Below are positions 19,679 to 29,875 of a stretch of 64,000 nucleotides of DNA, in pieces (within the stretch, counting starts at the first letter, position 1; each line of letters starts with the position of its first letter). This DNA is from a virus. The stretch spans positions 15,347 through 79,346 of IMG/VR virus record IMGVR_UViG_3300045282_000084; one strand, written 5' to 3'. A model generated the notes under the pieces. That model searched no databases. It saw only the letters and a list, made by a program, of their open reading frames with translations, and was not told where the DNA came from. A program made the position numbers and the translations under genes.

Positions 19679-22600
19679 TGTGGTCGGATCTCGGCTCGAC
19701 CTCACTCTGGTCTCGCCGCAACTGTGTCGCCTTCGGCTGGTGCAGCGGATGGTCGCTACTCCATCGCCAGGATTCCCTGTCTACCAGGTCCTGAACAGCG
19801 CATACCAGCAGCAGGATTCGCTGGGTGTGAACGGGCCGCGCGGATTTTCTTCAGGGTCATACACCGATCAGCTTCAGCTTGAGGGCAGCTTCACGCTCAA
19901 CTTCCCCAACAGTGAAGGGGAAGATGGAGTCTTGCACCGCCACCGCTTCATGATTCTCACCTATCCCGACTATCACGTTGGCGATGAATGGTTCGAGATT
20001 TGGCAGGAGGAAAACCTACTGTTCGTTGGCACTCCCACTGGATGCCAGATTGACGATCAGAACATTCAGATCACAGGCGTCGATGGTTGGTGGCTGCTGA
20101 ACAAGGTCAGGGAGACTGCCGCTGGTGTATGGTGGCATGCCCCCAGGGATGTCATGGCTCGGTACTCGCAGGCGTGGGTGGGCCTTGTCGCCGACAACAT
20201 GATGGGACATCCGTGGGTGTTCAGCTCTGGTGCTGCACAGAACGACGGCAACTGGCGGTACACACGCGCCGAGCAGTATGGAGAGGGCGTCAGGCTGCGT
20301 CCGAATCTGCCCAACACCGTCGCAGAGGTGTGTTACACGCCGCAGGTCCTGAACGCGGGCACCGGGCCAACGCAGAAGGACTGGTCGGTCGAGTGGGACT
20401 TCACGCGCTCCGATCTTTACACGCCAGCCACCGTGCCGACTTCTGATGGGGCGACGACCGCCAGCTACATCCGCATTGGGTTCTACCTGAACTCAGTCGC
20501 TTCTATCACCAATGAGATTTTCGAGCTGACGATCTCTGAGGGAACGATCTTTGCTCGCTCCGGTCAGCCGAACACTCCTAACGCTTCGTGGAAGATCAAC
20601 ACGAAGATCAACACTCAGGCCACTGGCTTGCAAACGGTCAAGTTCGAGCAGAGAGACTACTGGATGTACATCTATACCAACACAAACTTGATCGCCTGCC
20701 TACCGATGCACGCTGCGAACGGTCAGACACTGCTTCCGTATCAGACCAGCTTTCTTCTCCCGTTCTTTCGATTGTATGCAGCCAACCTGAATGGTGGCGA
20801 CGAGTGGGCGGTGGTGCAGAACTTCACCGTTCGTCAGTCGATGCCACTTCTCCAGCGCCACGGTGATGTGTCGGCAGTTCAGAACATCACGATCACGGGT
20901 GCTACCGGTGGTACATACACCATCTCGTACAAGGGCGCAACATCAGGAGCGATCGGCTTTGCCACCAACCCCTCGGCTCTCGTGAACGCCATGTCCACCA
21001 TCACCGCCGATGGCGGGGTGACTGTGAGTGGAACGAGTGCGAACTGGGTCCTGACATGGACGAACCCAGGGCAACGATCAGCCTTGATCGCCACGTCTTC
21101 GTTGACCGGCGTCACTCCCACGATTGCGATCTCCTATGGCGCAAGCGCAGTGGGATCGAGCGCGTTTGGCTCCGCTTCCACCGATACCGGAGACCTGGTA
21201 CTGCCGGGCAGTTACCCACCAGATGGCATCACCGGTTACTACGAGGACTGCTCAGACATCGTGAATCTCGCTGGCGACGATGCCACCGATCAGACGCACA
21301 TGCAGACCCTGAATCCGCTACGCCAGCCGTACGCGGAGCGGGTTGACAGAAGCATCTTCTTCGGTCAGTCAGACCATCTGATCGGGGGAGGTTGGCAGCC
21401 TGATGGCCCTGTGGGAGACCAGGATTTCGCGGTGCGCTGGGTCGGTTCGATCTATCTTGACACCAGCAACGCCGACTATGTGCTGCGCTTCTCGGGTGGC
21501 CGCTATCGAGTGTGGGTGGGCAGCACCCGTTTCCAGGATGCTCTACTTGATCAGTGGCTCGGAGGGATTCCTGCCACCAATCAGGTCAGCCAAACAGGAT
21601 GGTTGGTAGGCACGAGCATCAACAAAGGACCATTGTACGGCCAAAAGTCTGGCTTCTTCCCAGTGGTGATCGAGTGGTTCGAGTCCGACTATCCGCCTCA
21701 GCTCACATACCAGTTTGGGTCTTTCGGAGGCCCGACCTTCTACAGTTCCTCGGCCTGGTTCATTCCCGGCTCAGTCCTGTATGGCCCGTTGCAGTTGACG
21801 CGAGCCAACCTCGTTGGCTACTGGCCAATCAATAGCGGCATGATCGGCACAGGTGGTGGGCTCAACGACGAATCCGGGAATGGAAACGGCTTTGGGTTCG
21901 TTGGCAGCACCGCGGTTCACACACGGTGGGATAAAGGCCCATTTGTCGGCACTATCGCTCAGAACTTCAACATTGACGGCGCCCAGTCACAGTATTTCTC
22001 GACTACCTTCAATGCCAATCTGAACCCCGTCAATAGCAAGTTCACCATCACGGCGTGGATCAGGCTCAACGGTCCCGCTCTTGGCAACACCAACATCATC
22101 ATGCAGAGTGCGAGAGCGACATCTGGCTACTCGCTTTCGATCAATACGTCTAATCAGCTCCAGTGTGTCACCAACAACGCATCGACTCTTGCTGGCACGA
22201 CCACGTTCGTCGCCAATGTCTGGTACCACGTGGCGGTCACCTACGATGGTTCCGTAGCCCGGCTGTACGTCAACGGCATCCTTGAGGCTGGCCCTACCGC
22301 CATGACCTACACGGCGAACACCCTGGGAGACACCAGAGTCGGCGCTGGTGGCCTGTTCGGCTCGACCCCCTGGACGCCGAGCGGAGCCTTCGAGGGCCGA
22401 ATCTCCAACCTGGTCTTCTACAACACGATGGTCTCCGCGGCCAACATCCTTGCCGACTACCAGCAGCGGTTCACCGTTGACCCCGTAGCACTGTCGCCAC
22501 TTGGGGTCTACAAGGCCAACATCCGCCTGGATAGCCACTACAACCAGGTGCAGACCCTCTTGCAAGCGTTCGGGCATCAGATGACGTGTGCGCCTCGGGC

Positions 22601-23615
22601 ATTGGAAAGTGGGGAGTTCCCTGGCGTTCTCGCCCCCCATGTTCGGGTAGGCCGCGACACCGAGTACGTGCTGAGAGCATCTGAGGCATCGGGCTACTCA
22701 AAGACTGTGGATGCGACCGAGGTTGTGGACGCGCTGTACGGCGACGCTCAGGGGCTGGCCGACAATGTGACCGGCGCGCAGATCACCTTCGAGCAGGTGT
22801 CGGGGCCAGACGTGCAGCCTGGGGCGCACATGTTCATCAACCAGGACTACGACCAGCAGAGCCAGGTCAACGAGGTCTCTGTGTTCCAGGCGTATCTGGA
22901 GAACCTTCTTGCTTTGCGGTTGTCACCCTGGGAGCAGCTTGAGGCCCAGTCTCTCGGTTTCACCCAGGCGATCGACACGTTCCCCTTGACCGGGGCGCTT
23001 GCAGCCTTTCGGTGGCAGCCGGGCGACGGCGTACGGATCGACATGCCCAAGATCAGCCAGGTGGACGTGAACCCGCGTCAGATCATGGGAGTTCAGTGGC
23101 AGCTCTCCGCCGATGGGGCAACTCAGCCCGTGGTCACCTTCCGCCAACGGCCTCGCGACCTGTACCGATCGCTGAGATCCTTGCAGCAGCAAATCTTCAA
23201 CGCCAAGCGCAACTACCAGCTCCAGCTCTACGTCATGACCGGATCGATCGCGGGCTTTGGAAACCAGCAGCCCACGTCGGGCGGCTCGGGGTTCGCCGGG
23301 AATGCGATGAACGCGAGTCGGTGCGGACTTCCGCTTGATCTCGGCAGAGTCGTCAGGATGGAAGTCGTTGTCCAGTCTCTCTCTGGGAGCGTGGGTACTC
23401 CTCACATTTGGATCAACAGCAACGCTGGCGGAGCAACAGACACTGGGATAGTTGTAACCCGCCGTGGTCGCTATGATGTGACCGGGTTTCTTGGTCGGTC
23501 GAATGGGACAGATCAGTTCGTGTCCTGCTTCTTCCGGGACACGATGGGTACGGCGATCCCAGCGTCCGCAGCCTACGGTGGCAACTTTCACCTGGAGCTG
23601 CTCGTGAAGGGATAG
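19668..23615 (+). CDS. Tail tip/hub protein with PA14-like and LamG (ConA-like) domains
   Basis: PA14-like FAVRWVGSIYL..YRVWV..PVVIEWFE; LamG LVGYWP..FTITAWI..WYHVAVTYDG..LYVNG..FEGRISNLVFYN. Confidence 0.8.
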   Translation: MSPDVVGSRLDLTLVSPQLCRLRLVQRMVATPSPGFPVYQVLNSAYQQQDSLGVNGPRGFSSGSYTDQLQLEGSFTLNFPNSEGEDGVLHRHRFMILTYPDYHVGDEWFEIWQEENLLFVGTPTGCQIDDQNIQITGVDGWWLLNKVRETAAGVWWHAPRDVMARYSQAWVGLVADNMMGHPWVFSSGAAQNDGNWRYTRAEQYGEGVRLRPNLPNTVAEVCYTPQVLNAGTGPTQKDWSVEWDFTRSDLYTPATVPTSDGATTASYIRIGFYLNSVASITNEIFELTISEGTIFARSGQPNTPNASWKINTKINTQATGLQTVKFEQRDYWMYIYTNTNLIACLPMHAANGQTLLPYQTSFLLPFFRLYAANLNGGDEWAVVQNFTVRQSMPLLQRHGDVSAVQNITITGATGGTYTISYKGATSGAIGFATNPSALVNAMSTITADGGVTVSGTSANWVLTWTNPGQRSALIATSSLTGVTPTIAISYGASAVGSSAFGSASTDTGDLVLPGSYPPDGITGYYEDCSDIVNLAGDDATDQTHMQTLNPLRQPYAERVDRSIFFGQSDHLIGGGWQPDGPVGDQDFAVRWVGSIYLDTSNADYVLRFSGGRYRVWVGSTRFQDALLDQWLGGIPATNQVSQTGWLVGTSINKGPLYGQKSGFFPVVIEWFESDYPPQLTYQFGSFGGPTFYSSSAWFIPGSVLYGPLQLTRANLVGYWPINSGMIGTGGGLNDESGNGNGFGFVGSTAVHTRWDKGPFVGTIAQNFNIDGAQSQYFSTTFNANLNPVNSKFTITAWIRLNGPALGNTNIIMQSARATSGYSLSINTSNQLQCVTNNASTLAGTTTFVANVWYHVAVTYDGSVARLYVNGILEAGPTAMTYTANTLGDTRVGAGGLFGSTPWTPSGAFEGRISNLVFYNTMVSAANILADYQQRFTVDPVALSPLGVYKANIRLDSHYNQVQTLLQAFGHQMTCAPRALESGEFPGVLAPHVRVGRDTEYVLRASEASGYSKTVDATEVVDALYGDAQGLADNVTGAQITFEQVSGPDVQPGAHMFINQDYDQQSQVNEVSVFQAYLENLLALRLSPWEQLEAQSLGFTQAIDTFPLTGALAAFRWQPGDGVRIDMPKISQVDVNPRQIMGVQWQLSADGATQPVVTFRQRPRDLYRSLRSLQQQIFNAKRNYQLQLYVMTGSIAGFGNQQPTSGGSGFAGNAMNASRCGLPLDLGRVVRMEVVVQSLSGSVGTPHIWINSNAGGATDTGIVVTRRGRYDVTGFLGRSNGTDQFVSCFFRDTMGTAIPASAAYGGNFHLELLVKG

Positions 23616-23677
23616 CCTGCGATCTAACTTTCCAAGTTATAGTTTCACGTGGCACGTTGACCGAGGGAGCCGAAAGT

Positions 23678-24316
23678 ATGGGAGCCTGGAGCCAGTATTA
23701 CGCCAAGGGCATGACGGGGTTCAATGACCCACAGGGATTGGGAATCCTCGCCCTCAAGACGCTGCTGTCGAAGCAGAAGTGTGGGCGCGGTTTGGACATG
23801 ACCACACAGCATTTCGGGTCAACCATGGAACAGCGAGTGAGGGACTTTCAGGAGAAGGAAGGTCGCCTCCAAGTCGATGGCGTGGTGGGGCCGAAGACTG
23901 CGGCGGCACTTCTGCTTGCACCCAAGACACGTGCAGAGGCGATCGCCAAGATCCCCAACCGACTCGTGGCGAGAGTGATCGACGTTGAATCCGCCAACGA
24001 CCCCGGAGCGTTCGTCATCCACGCTGACTCGGTAGATCGAGGGCTAGGGCAGATCAACAGCAAACAGCGGCCCGACGTGACCGATGAACAGGCGTATGAT
24101 CCCTACTTCGTCGTCGGTTATCTCGCCCGCGACTTGTCGGAGGCCGAGGCCATCTTGAGCGACTGGGACGCAGCCGTGGTGTCGTGGAACGTCGGTGTCG
24201 GCGGCGCGCGCAAGTGGCTCAAGGAGGGCAAGCCCATGCATCTGATGGAAGGCGACTTCGACCTGGGAGCGACAGCTTCGCAGTACCTACTGCTCGTCCA
24301 AGAGCAGATCGCATGA
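23678..24316 (+). CDS. Lysin 1: peptidoglycan-binding domain plus SLT/lysozyme-like domain
   Basis: VRDFQ..LQVDGVVGPKT (PG-binding); IDVESANDP..DRGLGQIN..SWNVG (SLT). Confidence 0.8.
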   Translation: MGAWSQYYAKGMTGFNDPQGLGILALKTLLSKQKCGRGLDMTTQHFGSTMEQRVRDFQEKEGRLQVDGVVGPKTAAALLLAPKTRAEAIAKIPNRLVARVIDVESANDPGAFVIHADSVDRGLGQINSKQRPDVTDEQAYDPYFVVGYLARDLSEAEAILSDWDAAVVSWNVGVGGARKWLKEGKPMHLMEGDFDLGATASQYLLLVQEQIA

Positions 24317-25125
24317 GCGTCCCCGAACAGCACTCGACGGCCTATGAGGCTGTCGCGGTCGATGACAACTACCCGCTGCATCTGACCACGCCGTACAAGC
24401 GTGGGCCGAGGGTCGAGGTTCTCCAGCAGCACCTTGCCCGCAACCGTTTCAACCATCCCTTCTACGCCCTCCCCGATGGACAGAGGGCGGGCGACGTGTA
24501 CGGGCCTGGGATGGCGTCGGCTGTGCACCACGCCAAGTGGTGGCTGGGCTATCCCGGCTCCCACATAAACGGAATCGTGCGCACCGGAGCGCTGCTGTCG
24601 TTCCTAGTCTCTCCGACGAACCCACTGTATGAGCCGCTGCCTGCCTCCTACAGTGACCGACACCGCAAGCGCGTGGCTCCACCTCTGACGCTGGGTGAGA
24701 AGGCACTGATCAAGGCCGAGAGCCAGGTCGGGTACTCGCCGGGTCACTGCTCATCGTATGCGCGCTGGTACGGGCTGCCATGCGACGCCTGGTGTGCGAT
24801 GTTCCTGTCATGGTGTTTCGCCCAGGTCGGTGGCCACTTCCGGTACTCCTATGTGCCCAACGTCCTTTTCGACGCGGAGATGGGTCGCAACCACCTGGCT
24901 CTCACGCACCTACCGGCCGCAGGCGACCTGGCCATCTACGTGTGGGGTGGGTTCGGATCGGATCGCAACGGCGACCACATCGGGATCGTGCGGGCAACAA
25001 CGGCCACCTCGGTGGAGTCGGTCGATGGGAACACCGGAGACGCCAGCCCTGGTGGTGGGGGACAGGTGTTGCAGCGAGTGAGGCCCCGCAGCTTGGTGCG
25101 GGCGTTCGTGCGAGTCTACGAGTAG
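24313..25125 (+). CDS. Lysin 2: peptidoglycan-binding domain plus CHAP peptidase/amidase
   Basis: GPRVEVLQQHL..YGPGMASAV; AWCAMFLSWC, GDHIGIV, VDGNT; ATG at 24313 overlaps the previous stop. Confidence 0.8.
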   Translation: MSVPEQHSTAYEAVAVDDNYPLHLTTPYKRGPRVEVLQQHLARNRFNHPFYALPDGQRAGDVYGPGMASAVHHAKWWLGYPGSHINGIVRTGALLSFLVSPTNPLYEPLPASYSDRHRKRVAPPLTLGEKALIKAESQVGYSPGHCSSYARWYGLPCDAWCAMFLSWCFAQVGGHFRYSYVPNVLFDAEMGRNHLALTHLPAAGDLAIYVWGGFGSDRNGDHIGIVRATTATSVESVDGNTGDASPGGGGQVLQRVRPRSLVRAFVRVYE

Positions 25126-25134
25126 GAGGAGAGC

Positions 25135-25437
25135 ATGTCGGGTTTGGCAGAAATCGCGGGCCTCGTGGGCTTGATACTGCCCATGATCATCGCGGTCATC
25201 CAGCAGGTGCAGTTCAGCCAGGCCGTGCGCAGCCTGGTTGCCGTCGCCGCCTGCGTGGTCGCAGCAATCATCGTTGCAGCGGCACAGACCAACTTCAACG
25301 CCCACAACTTCGCCGTCGCCTTCATGACGGTGTTCGTCTCGACTGTCGTCTCCTACGAGCACTTCTGGAAGCCCACCGGGATTGCACCGCTGGTGGAGGG
25401 CTTCACCAACATCAATCGGGGAGCAGGTATCAAGTGA
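25135..25437 (+). CDS. Holin
   Basis: 100 aa with three hydrophobic segments; YEHFWKPTGI tail; in the lysis cassette. Confidence 0.75.
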   Translation: MSGLAEIAGLVGLILPMIIAVIQQVQFSQAVRSLVAVAACVVAAIIVAAAQTNFNAHNFAVAFMTVFVSTVVSYEHFWKPTGIAPLVEGFTNINRGAGIK

Positions 25438-26273
25438 GCGGAAAGGCCACGGACAATCTTGGTCCTCATCTGTTGGGGCGAAAGCCAATGCCCCCGGACG
25501 ATCGGGACTACGAACTGCGCGACTTCCTCGACTCCCACGAGGAGGCCACCGACGTGCTAACTGCGGATACCACGTTGGGGGAACTGGTGGAGAGCGGCTG
25601 GCTCTCCTCCTGGCACGACGTGTACGCCGTGTGGGCGTGGATCAAGGCAAACCTGCTCGGCAAGAAGCCGACGCCGACGCCCGCACCACCCCAGCCACCG
25701 GTGACTGATGTCTCCTGGGGCGACCCCGAGGCTGTTCTTGACCAGGGTCAGACCGGCCACTGTGTCGGCTTCTGCGGCGCTCAGTGGGGCAACACGCTGC
25801 CGGTGGACGACAAGTTCACCAACGCTGACGGGGACGCGATCTACTACGCCTGCAAGGTGGTGGACGGTGAACCGAAGGCCGAGGACGGATCGGACTCGCG
25901 CTCTCTGTGCAAGGTGCTCAAGGCCAAGGGTCGCCTCGGTGCCTACGCCTTTGCCTCACACGTACAGGACGTGGTTGACTTCGTGAGCCTGCACGGCCCC
26001 GTGGGCACCGGCACGGACTGGATGAACGACATGTTCACGCCTGACGCCAATGGCTACCTCAACCCCACGGGAGGTGTGGCTGGTGGGCATGAGTGGCTGA
26101 TCGTGGGCTACTCGGCGGCTGGCTATGGCACCGTCAAGGAGCCGTCGTTCGAGATGCAGAACTCATGGGGCAAGTCCTGGGCCAAGGACGGTCGAGCCTA
26201 CATCACCGTCTCCAACTACGAAACGCTGCTGGGCAACGGAGACGCCTGGGCGGCACTGGAGCTGCCAGCATGA
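25434..26273 (+). CDS. Papain-like (C1A) cysteine peptidase
   Basis: DQGQTGHCVGF (Q, C), GGHEWLIVGY (H), QNSWG (N); true start likely the GTG at 25434. Confidence 0.85.
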   Translation: MSGKATDNLGPHLLGRKPMPPDDRDYELRDFLDSHEEATDVLTADTTLGELVESGWLSSWHDVYAVWAWIKANLLGKKPTPTPAPPQPPVTDVSWGDPEAVLDQGQTGHCVGFCGAQWGNTLPVDDKFTNADGDAIYYACKVVDGEPKAEDGSDSRSLCKVLKAKGRLGAYAFASHVQDVVDFVSLHGPVGTGTDWMNDMFTPDANGYLNPTGGVAGGHEWLIVGYSAAGYGTVKEPSFEMQNSWGKSWAKDGRAYITVSNYETLLGNGDAWAALELPA

Positions 26274-26947
26274 GCGATACCGCTGAACTTCTGCCCAACG
26301 AGAAGGCAATCGTCGTTCCCATCGCCCAGATCACCGAGAATCCGTGGAACCCGAACGTTGTGCCTGACCACATCATGCGCGCTCTCGCCATCAACATGAA
26401 GCGGGCTGGCTTCAACCAGCCTCTACTGGTGCGACCGATGGCGGAGAACACCTACCAGATCGTGGATGGTCAGCATCGGTGGGAGGTGGCCAAGGAGGCT
26501 GGGTTCGAGGAGCTACCGGTGATCGTGCGCGAGATGACCGAGAGCGAGGCCAAAGCCCAGACGATCGCCATGAACAAGCTGCGCGGCGAAATGGAGCCTG
26601 CCGACGTGGCCGCTCTGGTCAAGGACATCATGGGCGACATCAACCTGGACGAGCTTGCCACATTCTCGGGCTTCCAACTTGAGGAGCTTGAGGCATATGT
26701 CTCACTCGCCGACTTCGATTTCTCCGAGTACGACGAGACAGGTGAGGACGACGACGAGGGACCCAGCGAGGAAGCCTGGGTGACCATGACGTTCCGAGTG
26801 CCGTCCGACGTGGAGCCGATCATCCGGTCAGAGATAGAGCGTGTGAAGGCCGCGTTGCGGACGGAGCACGACTCAGTTGCCCTGGAGGCTATCTGTGTCA
26901 ACTCGGCCAACTCGCCCATCGAAGATTTCATCGGTGGGGAAGCGTGA
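26270..26947 (+). CDS. ParB/Srx N-terminal nuclease-like domain protein
   Basis: NPWNPN..GFNQPLLVR..IVDGQHRW..NKLRG. Confidence 0.85.
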   Translation: MSDTAELLPNEKAIVVPIAQITENPWNPNVVPDHIMRALAINMKRAGFNQPLLVRPMAENTYQIVDGQHRWEVAKEAGFEELPVIVREMTESEAKAQTIAMNKLRGEMEPADVAALVKDIMGDINLDELATFSGFQLEELEAYVSLADFDFSEYDETGEDDDEGPSEEAWVTMTFRVPSDVEPIIRSEIERVKAALRTEHDSVALEAICVNSANSPIEDFIGGEA

Positions 26948-27128
26948 CGGGCCATTCGTGCAGGACGACGATGGTCGCCTTTGGCTCGACCCCGCGATTC
27001 TCGATCGCGACCGCCTGGGAGACTTCGACGTGATCGAGTGGAAGGGTCGGTACTTCGAGCTGCAAGGTCGCCGACCGTCAGACGGTTGGTGGTGGATCGA
27101 GGAGGTCGCAGGGTCACCAATCGACTGA
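26934..27128 (+). CDS. Hypothetical protein
   Basis: GTG start overlapping the ParB-like end. Confidence 0.5.
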   Translation: MGKRDGPFVQDDDGRLWLDPAILDRDRLGDFDVIEWKGRYFELQGRRPSDGWWWIEEVAGSPID

Positions 27129-27141
27129 CCAGGGCATACGG

Positions 27142-27247
27142 TCGTGTGCCCTAAGCCACTGCGAGCCTCACGGTCAGCGAGGGTTTGGGGGTACCTGACC
27201 ATCACCCGACACTCTGACGACCGCAAAACGCGATACACGAGGGCAAG
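27142..27247. repeat. Dispersed 106-bp element, copy A
   Basis: Gapless alignment with 55746-55851 (69/106 identical by hand count) and 61589-61694. Confidence 0.8.
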
Positions 27248-27436
27248 ATGACCGACGAGCTGAACGAAGATCCAATCGCCGCGATGGATCAAGGAATCAA
27301 GGGCTTACACGACTTCGCCCAGGCGACCCGTGCCTGCTACGACGGCCACATCGAGGCGGGGTTCACCGAGGAGCAGGCGTTTGCGATTGCCAAGGCGTGG
27401 TTCCTGCAAACGGCGAAGGTGGCGAACGATGGGTAG
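27248..27436 (+). CDS. Hypothetical protein
   Basis: GAGGG SD; AGFTEEQAF motif common in small phage proteins. Confidence 0.6.
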   Translation: MTDELNEDPIAAMDQGIKGLHDFAQATRACYDGHIEAGFTEEQAFAIAKAWFLQTAKVANDG

Positions 27437-27863
27437 CACGCCGCTTGCGCATGTACCGTCGCCCCTGCTCAAGCACGCAGGTTCGACAGCGACGGTGGCC
27501 GTTGGAATCGACGCTCAGGTTGTCACCACTCAGAGGGTGACCCTGTGGGCAGTGGGTCTTCTGCATTTGGTGCCAGCCTGGTGGGCGCTCACATCGAAGA
27601 AGGTTCTCGCGGTGCGAGACTGGTCTGACGTGGGCCGGGTTGCAGCATGCCTTGGTGCTGCACACGAAGTGATCAAGCTCCTTGCCCTTGGGCACAGGCC
27701 CCACCAGCGTCGTGTAGGCCACACGATGGGCGCGCTTGATGACGCCCTTACTGACGCCGTAGACTCCGTACCCGTTGGTGCGTGCTGCAATCCAGATCCA
27801 ACAGTCATCCACTATCTGAATCTTGTTCCAGAATCGTTCTGGAAGGCGACTGTCACCGAACAT
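27363..27863 (-). CDS. HNH homing-type endonuclease
   Basis: RFWNK..CWIW..GYG..AHRVAY..ELDH..C..CCNPAH..N; KTHCPQGH..CRTC; probably leaderless (TACAAT-7 nt-ATG). Confidence 0.88.
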   Translation of the reverse strand: MFGDSRLPERFWNKIQIVDDCWIWIAARTNGYGVYGVSKGVIKRAHRVAYTTLVGPVPKGKELDHFVCSTKACCNPAHVRPVSHRENLLRCERPPGWHQMQKTHCPQGHPLSGDNLSVDSNGHRRCRTCVLEQGRRYMRKRRATHRSPPSPFAGTTPWQSQTPAPR

Positions 27864-27876
27864 AGAGGGTATTGTA

Positions 27877-28404
27877 ATGGGTAGACCGGCGAAACTCGAC
27901 AAAGAGGCTGCGTTCGAGCTGTACTATAATGAACTCGGCAAGCGTCGCCCATTCAAGGAGATTGCCGAACAGTTTGGAGTTGCGCCCTCGACTGTCGCCA
28001 AGGTTGCTTCTGATCAGGGTTGGTCTCGCAGAGCGTTTGAGCGAGATACTGAGATCCGCTCGGCGGTCGATAGGAAGCTTGTCAAGACCCACGCCCAGCG
28101 CGTTGTCGAGAACTTGAAGCTGCTGGACGCACTCAAGGCCATCTTCGCCAAGCAGCTCATGCCTGGGCAGAACGGTCGCCCCAACCCGAACCAACTTCGG
28201 GAGGTGTCGGTGCGAGAGTTCATCGACATGATCAAGACCGAGATGCTGCTCACGGGCAACCCGACCGAGATTCCAGGAGAGTCCGCGCAGGCACGCACGT
28301 TGCAGGAGATCGAGGAGGAACTGATGGATCTCCCCGACGAGGACTTGGACTACGAGATGCGGGTGCTGCTGGGCGGACGAGGCAATGGCGACAGTCCAGG
28401 CTGA
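27877..28404 (+). CDS. terS: Terminase small subunit
   Basis: N-terminal HTH (FKEIAEQFGVAPSTV..W), immediately upstream of the large subunit. Confidence 0.7.
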   Translation: MGRPAKLDKEAAFELYYNELGKRRPFKEIAEQFGVAPSTVAKVASDQGWSRRAFERDTEIRSAVDRKLVKTHAQRVVENLKLLDALKAIFAKQLMPGQNGRPNPNQLREVSVREFIDMIKTEMLLTGNPTEIPGESAQARTLQEIEEELMDLPDEDLDYEMRVLLGGRGNGDSPG

Positions 28405-29875
28405 CCCGCGCGTCGTCCGCCGTCGCATGGCGCTTGAGCTTGAGCGCCTGCGCTGGATCGCGATGAAGGGACCACCTGCCCACCCAGACTTCGCCTGGGC
28501 GTTCATGCGCTACTACCTGCCCCACTACATGCGGGACAAGGACGGTCGCATCATCCCCCCCGCCCAGTGGCACAAGGAGTTCTGCCAGTTGGTGTTCGGC
28601 ACCATCGGCAGTCAACACGCCGGGTCGTACCTCGCCCCTCGTGGCTACGCCAAGTCCACCATCGTCAGCCTGGTGTTGCCGCTGGCGATGATGTGTCGCA
28701 GGCTCAAGCACTACATCTGGCTGATCGAGGACACGGGCGGTCAGGCCAAGCAGGCGATGCAGTCGATCACGGGCGAGCTGGACTCAAACCACCGCCTGCG
28801 GCGCGACTTCCCACACCTGCGTCCCACCCTCGACCACCGCTCGCGCCCGATCGCAGACCGCGACGACGACATGGTGCTCGGCTACGACAACGACAGCTCC
28901 CTGCGCATCCAGGCGCTTGGTGCTGGACAGAAGCTGCGTGGCCGTCGTCACCGCCAAGATCGTCCAGACCTGATCCTGATCGATGATCTTGAGAACGACG
29001 AGTCGGTGCAGACCAAGTATCAGCGCGACAAGATGGACATGTGGCTGTCCTCAGCGGTCATGGGCGCTCGTGGGCCGGTCACGGACACCTACCTGGTCGG
29101 CACGATGCTGCACTTTGACTGCGTGCTGGCGCGGCTATTGAAGCGCGAGGGTTGGGCGCATGGGCGCTTCGAGGCCATGACCGACCCTGGCGACTTCACC
29201 ACTACCACCTGGCCCGAGTTCTGGCCAGCGGAACGGTTGGAGTCAGCCCGCTCGGCGATGGGTCCGCGGGCTTTCTCGCGCGAGGTGCTGCACCAGGCTG
29301 TGAACGAAGAAGAACAGATGTTCCGGCCGGAATACTTCAAGTGGCGCGCGCCTCCCATTGACCCGCTCCACACGACAATCCGTATCGCGGTCGATCCCGC
29401 CACGACGACCAAAACCTCCTCCGACTACTCCTCCATCGTGTGCGTGGCTCGCACCGAGGACAAGGGCATCGTCACCTATGACGTGCTCGATGTGTGGCGT
29501 GGGCGCGTTCGTGGCGAGGACTTGCAGGGCATGGTGCGCAGGAAGTACGAGCACTGGCGTGGCGCTGAGTACCGGCCGGTGGTCATCTTCGAGGCGACCC
29601 AGGCCCAGGTGTGGGCGGCTGATGCACTCCAGGCGCGCGGCATACCGGTGCGACCGGTGAAGCCGAACAAGGACAAGATCCTGCGCGCCGAGGCCCCCGC
29701 CGTGCTGTACGAGACTGGCCTTGTGTGGCACCACCCCGACTTGAAGCACTCCTTCTTCGAGATCGAAATGGAGCAGTTTCCGTCCTCGGATTACGATGAC
29801 TGCGTAGATGCGGTGGTGTACGCCCTCGGGGACCTGGCATCAGCACGAGTCATGCGCTTGCGCGCTGTCGGCTAG
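28385..29875 (+). CDS. terL: Terminase large subunit
   Basis: Walker A PRGYAKST, Walker B LILIDDLEND, nuclease AVDPA and DDCVDA. Confidence 0.93.
   Translation: MATVQADPRVVRRRMALELERLRWIAMKGPPAHPDFAWAFMRYYLPHYMRDKDGRIIPPAQWHKEFCQLVFGTIGSQHAGSYLAPRGYAKSTIVSLVLPLAMMCRRLKHYIWLIEDTGGQAKQAMQSITGELDSNHRLRRDFPHLRPTLDHRSRPIADRDDDMVLGYDNDSSLRIQALGAGQKLRGRRHRQDRPDLILIDDLENDESVQTKYQRDKMDMWLSSAVMGARGPVTDTYLVGTMLHFDCVLARLLKREGWAHGRFEAMTDPGDFTTTTWPEFWPAERLESARSAMGPRAFSREVLHQAVNEEEQMFRPEYFKWRAPPIDPLHTTIRIAVDPATTTKTSSDYSSIVCVARTEDKGIVTYDVLDVWRGRVRGEDLQGMVRRKYEHWRGAEYRPVVIFEATQAQVWAADALQARGIPVRPVKPNKDKILRAEAPAVLYETGLVWHHPDLKHSFFEIEMEQFPSSDYDDCVDAVVYALGDLASARVMRLRAVG

Noticed and set aside
26270-26947. Plasmid-prophage partition system
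   Set aside because: No ParA or centromere array nearby; ParB-N proteins next to terminase genes are common and do not by themselves imply partitioning.
27213-27240. CTGACGA-stem resembling a hammerhead ribozyme core
   Set aside because: The required GAAA after stem II is missing (GATAC instead), and the segment is better explained as part of the 106-bp repeat, where CTGACGA is not conserved.
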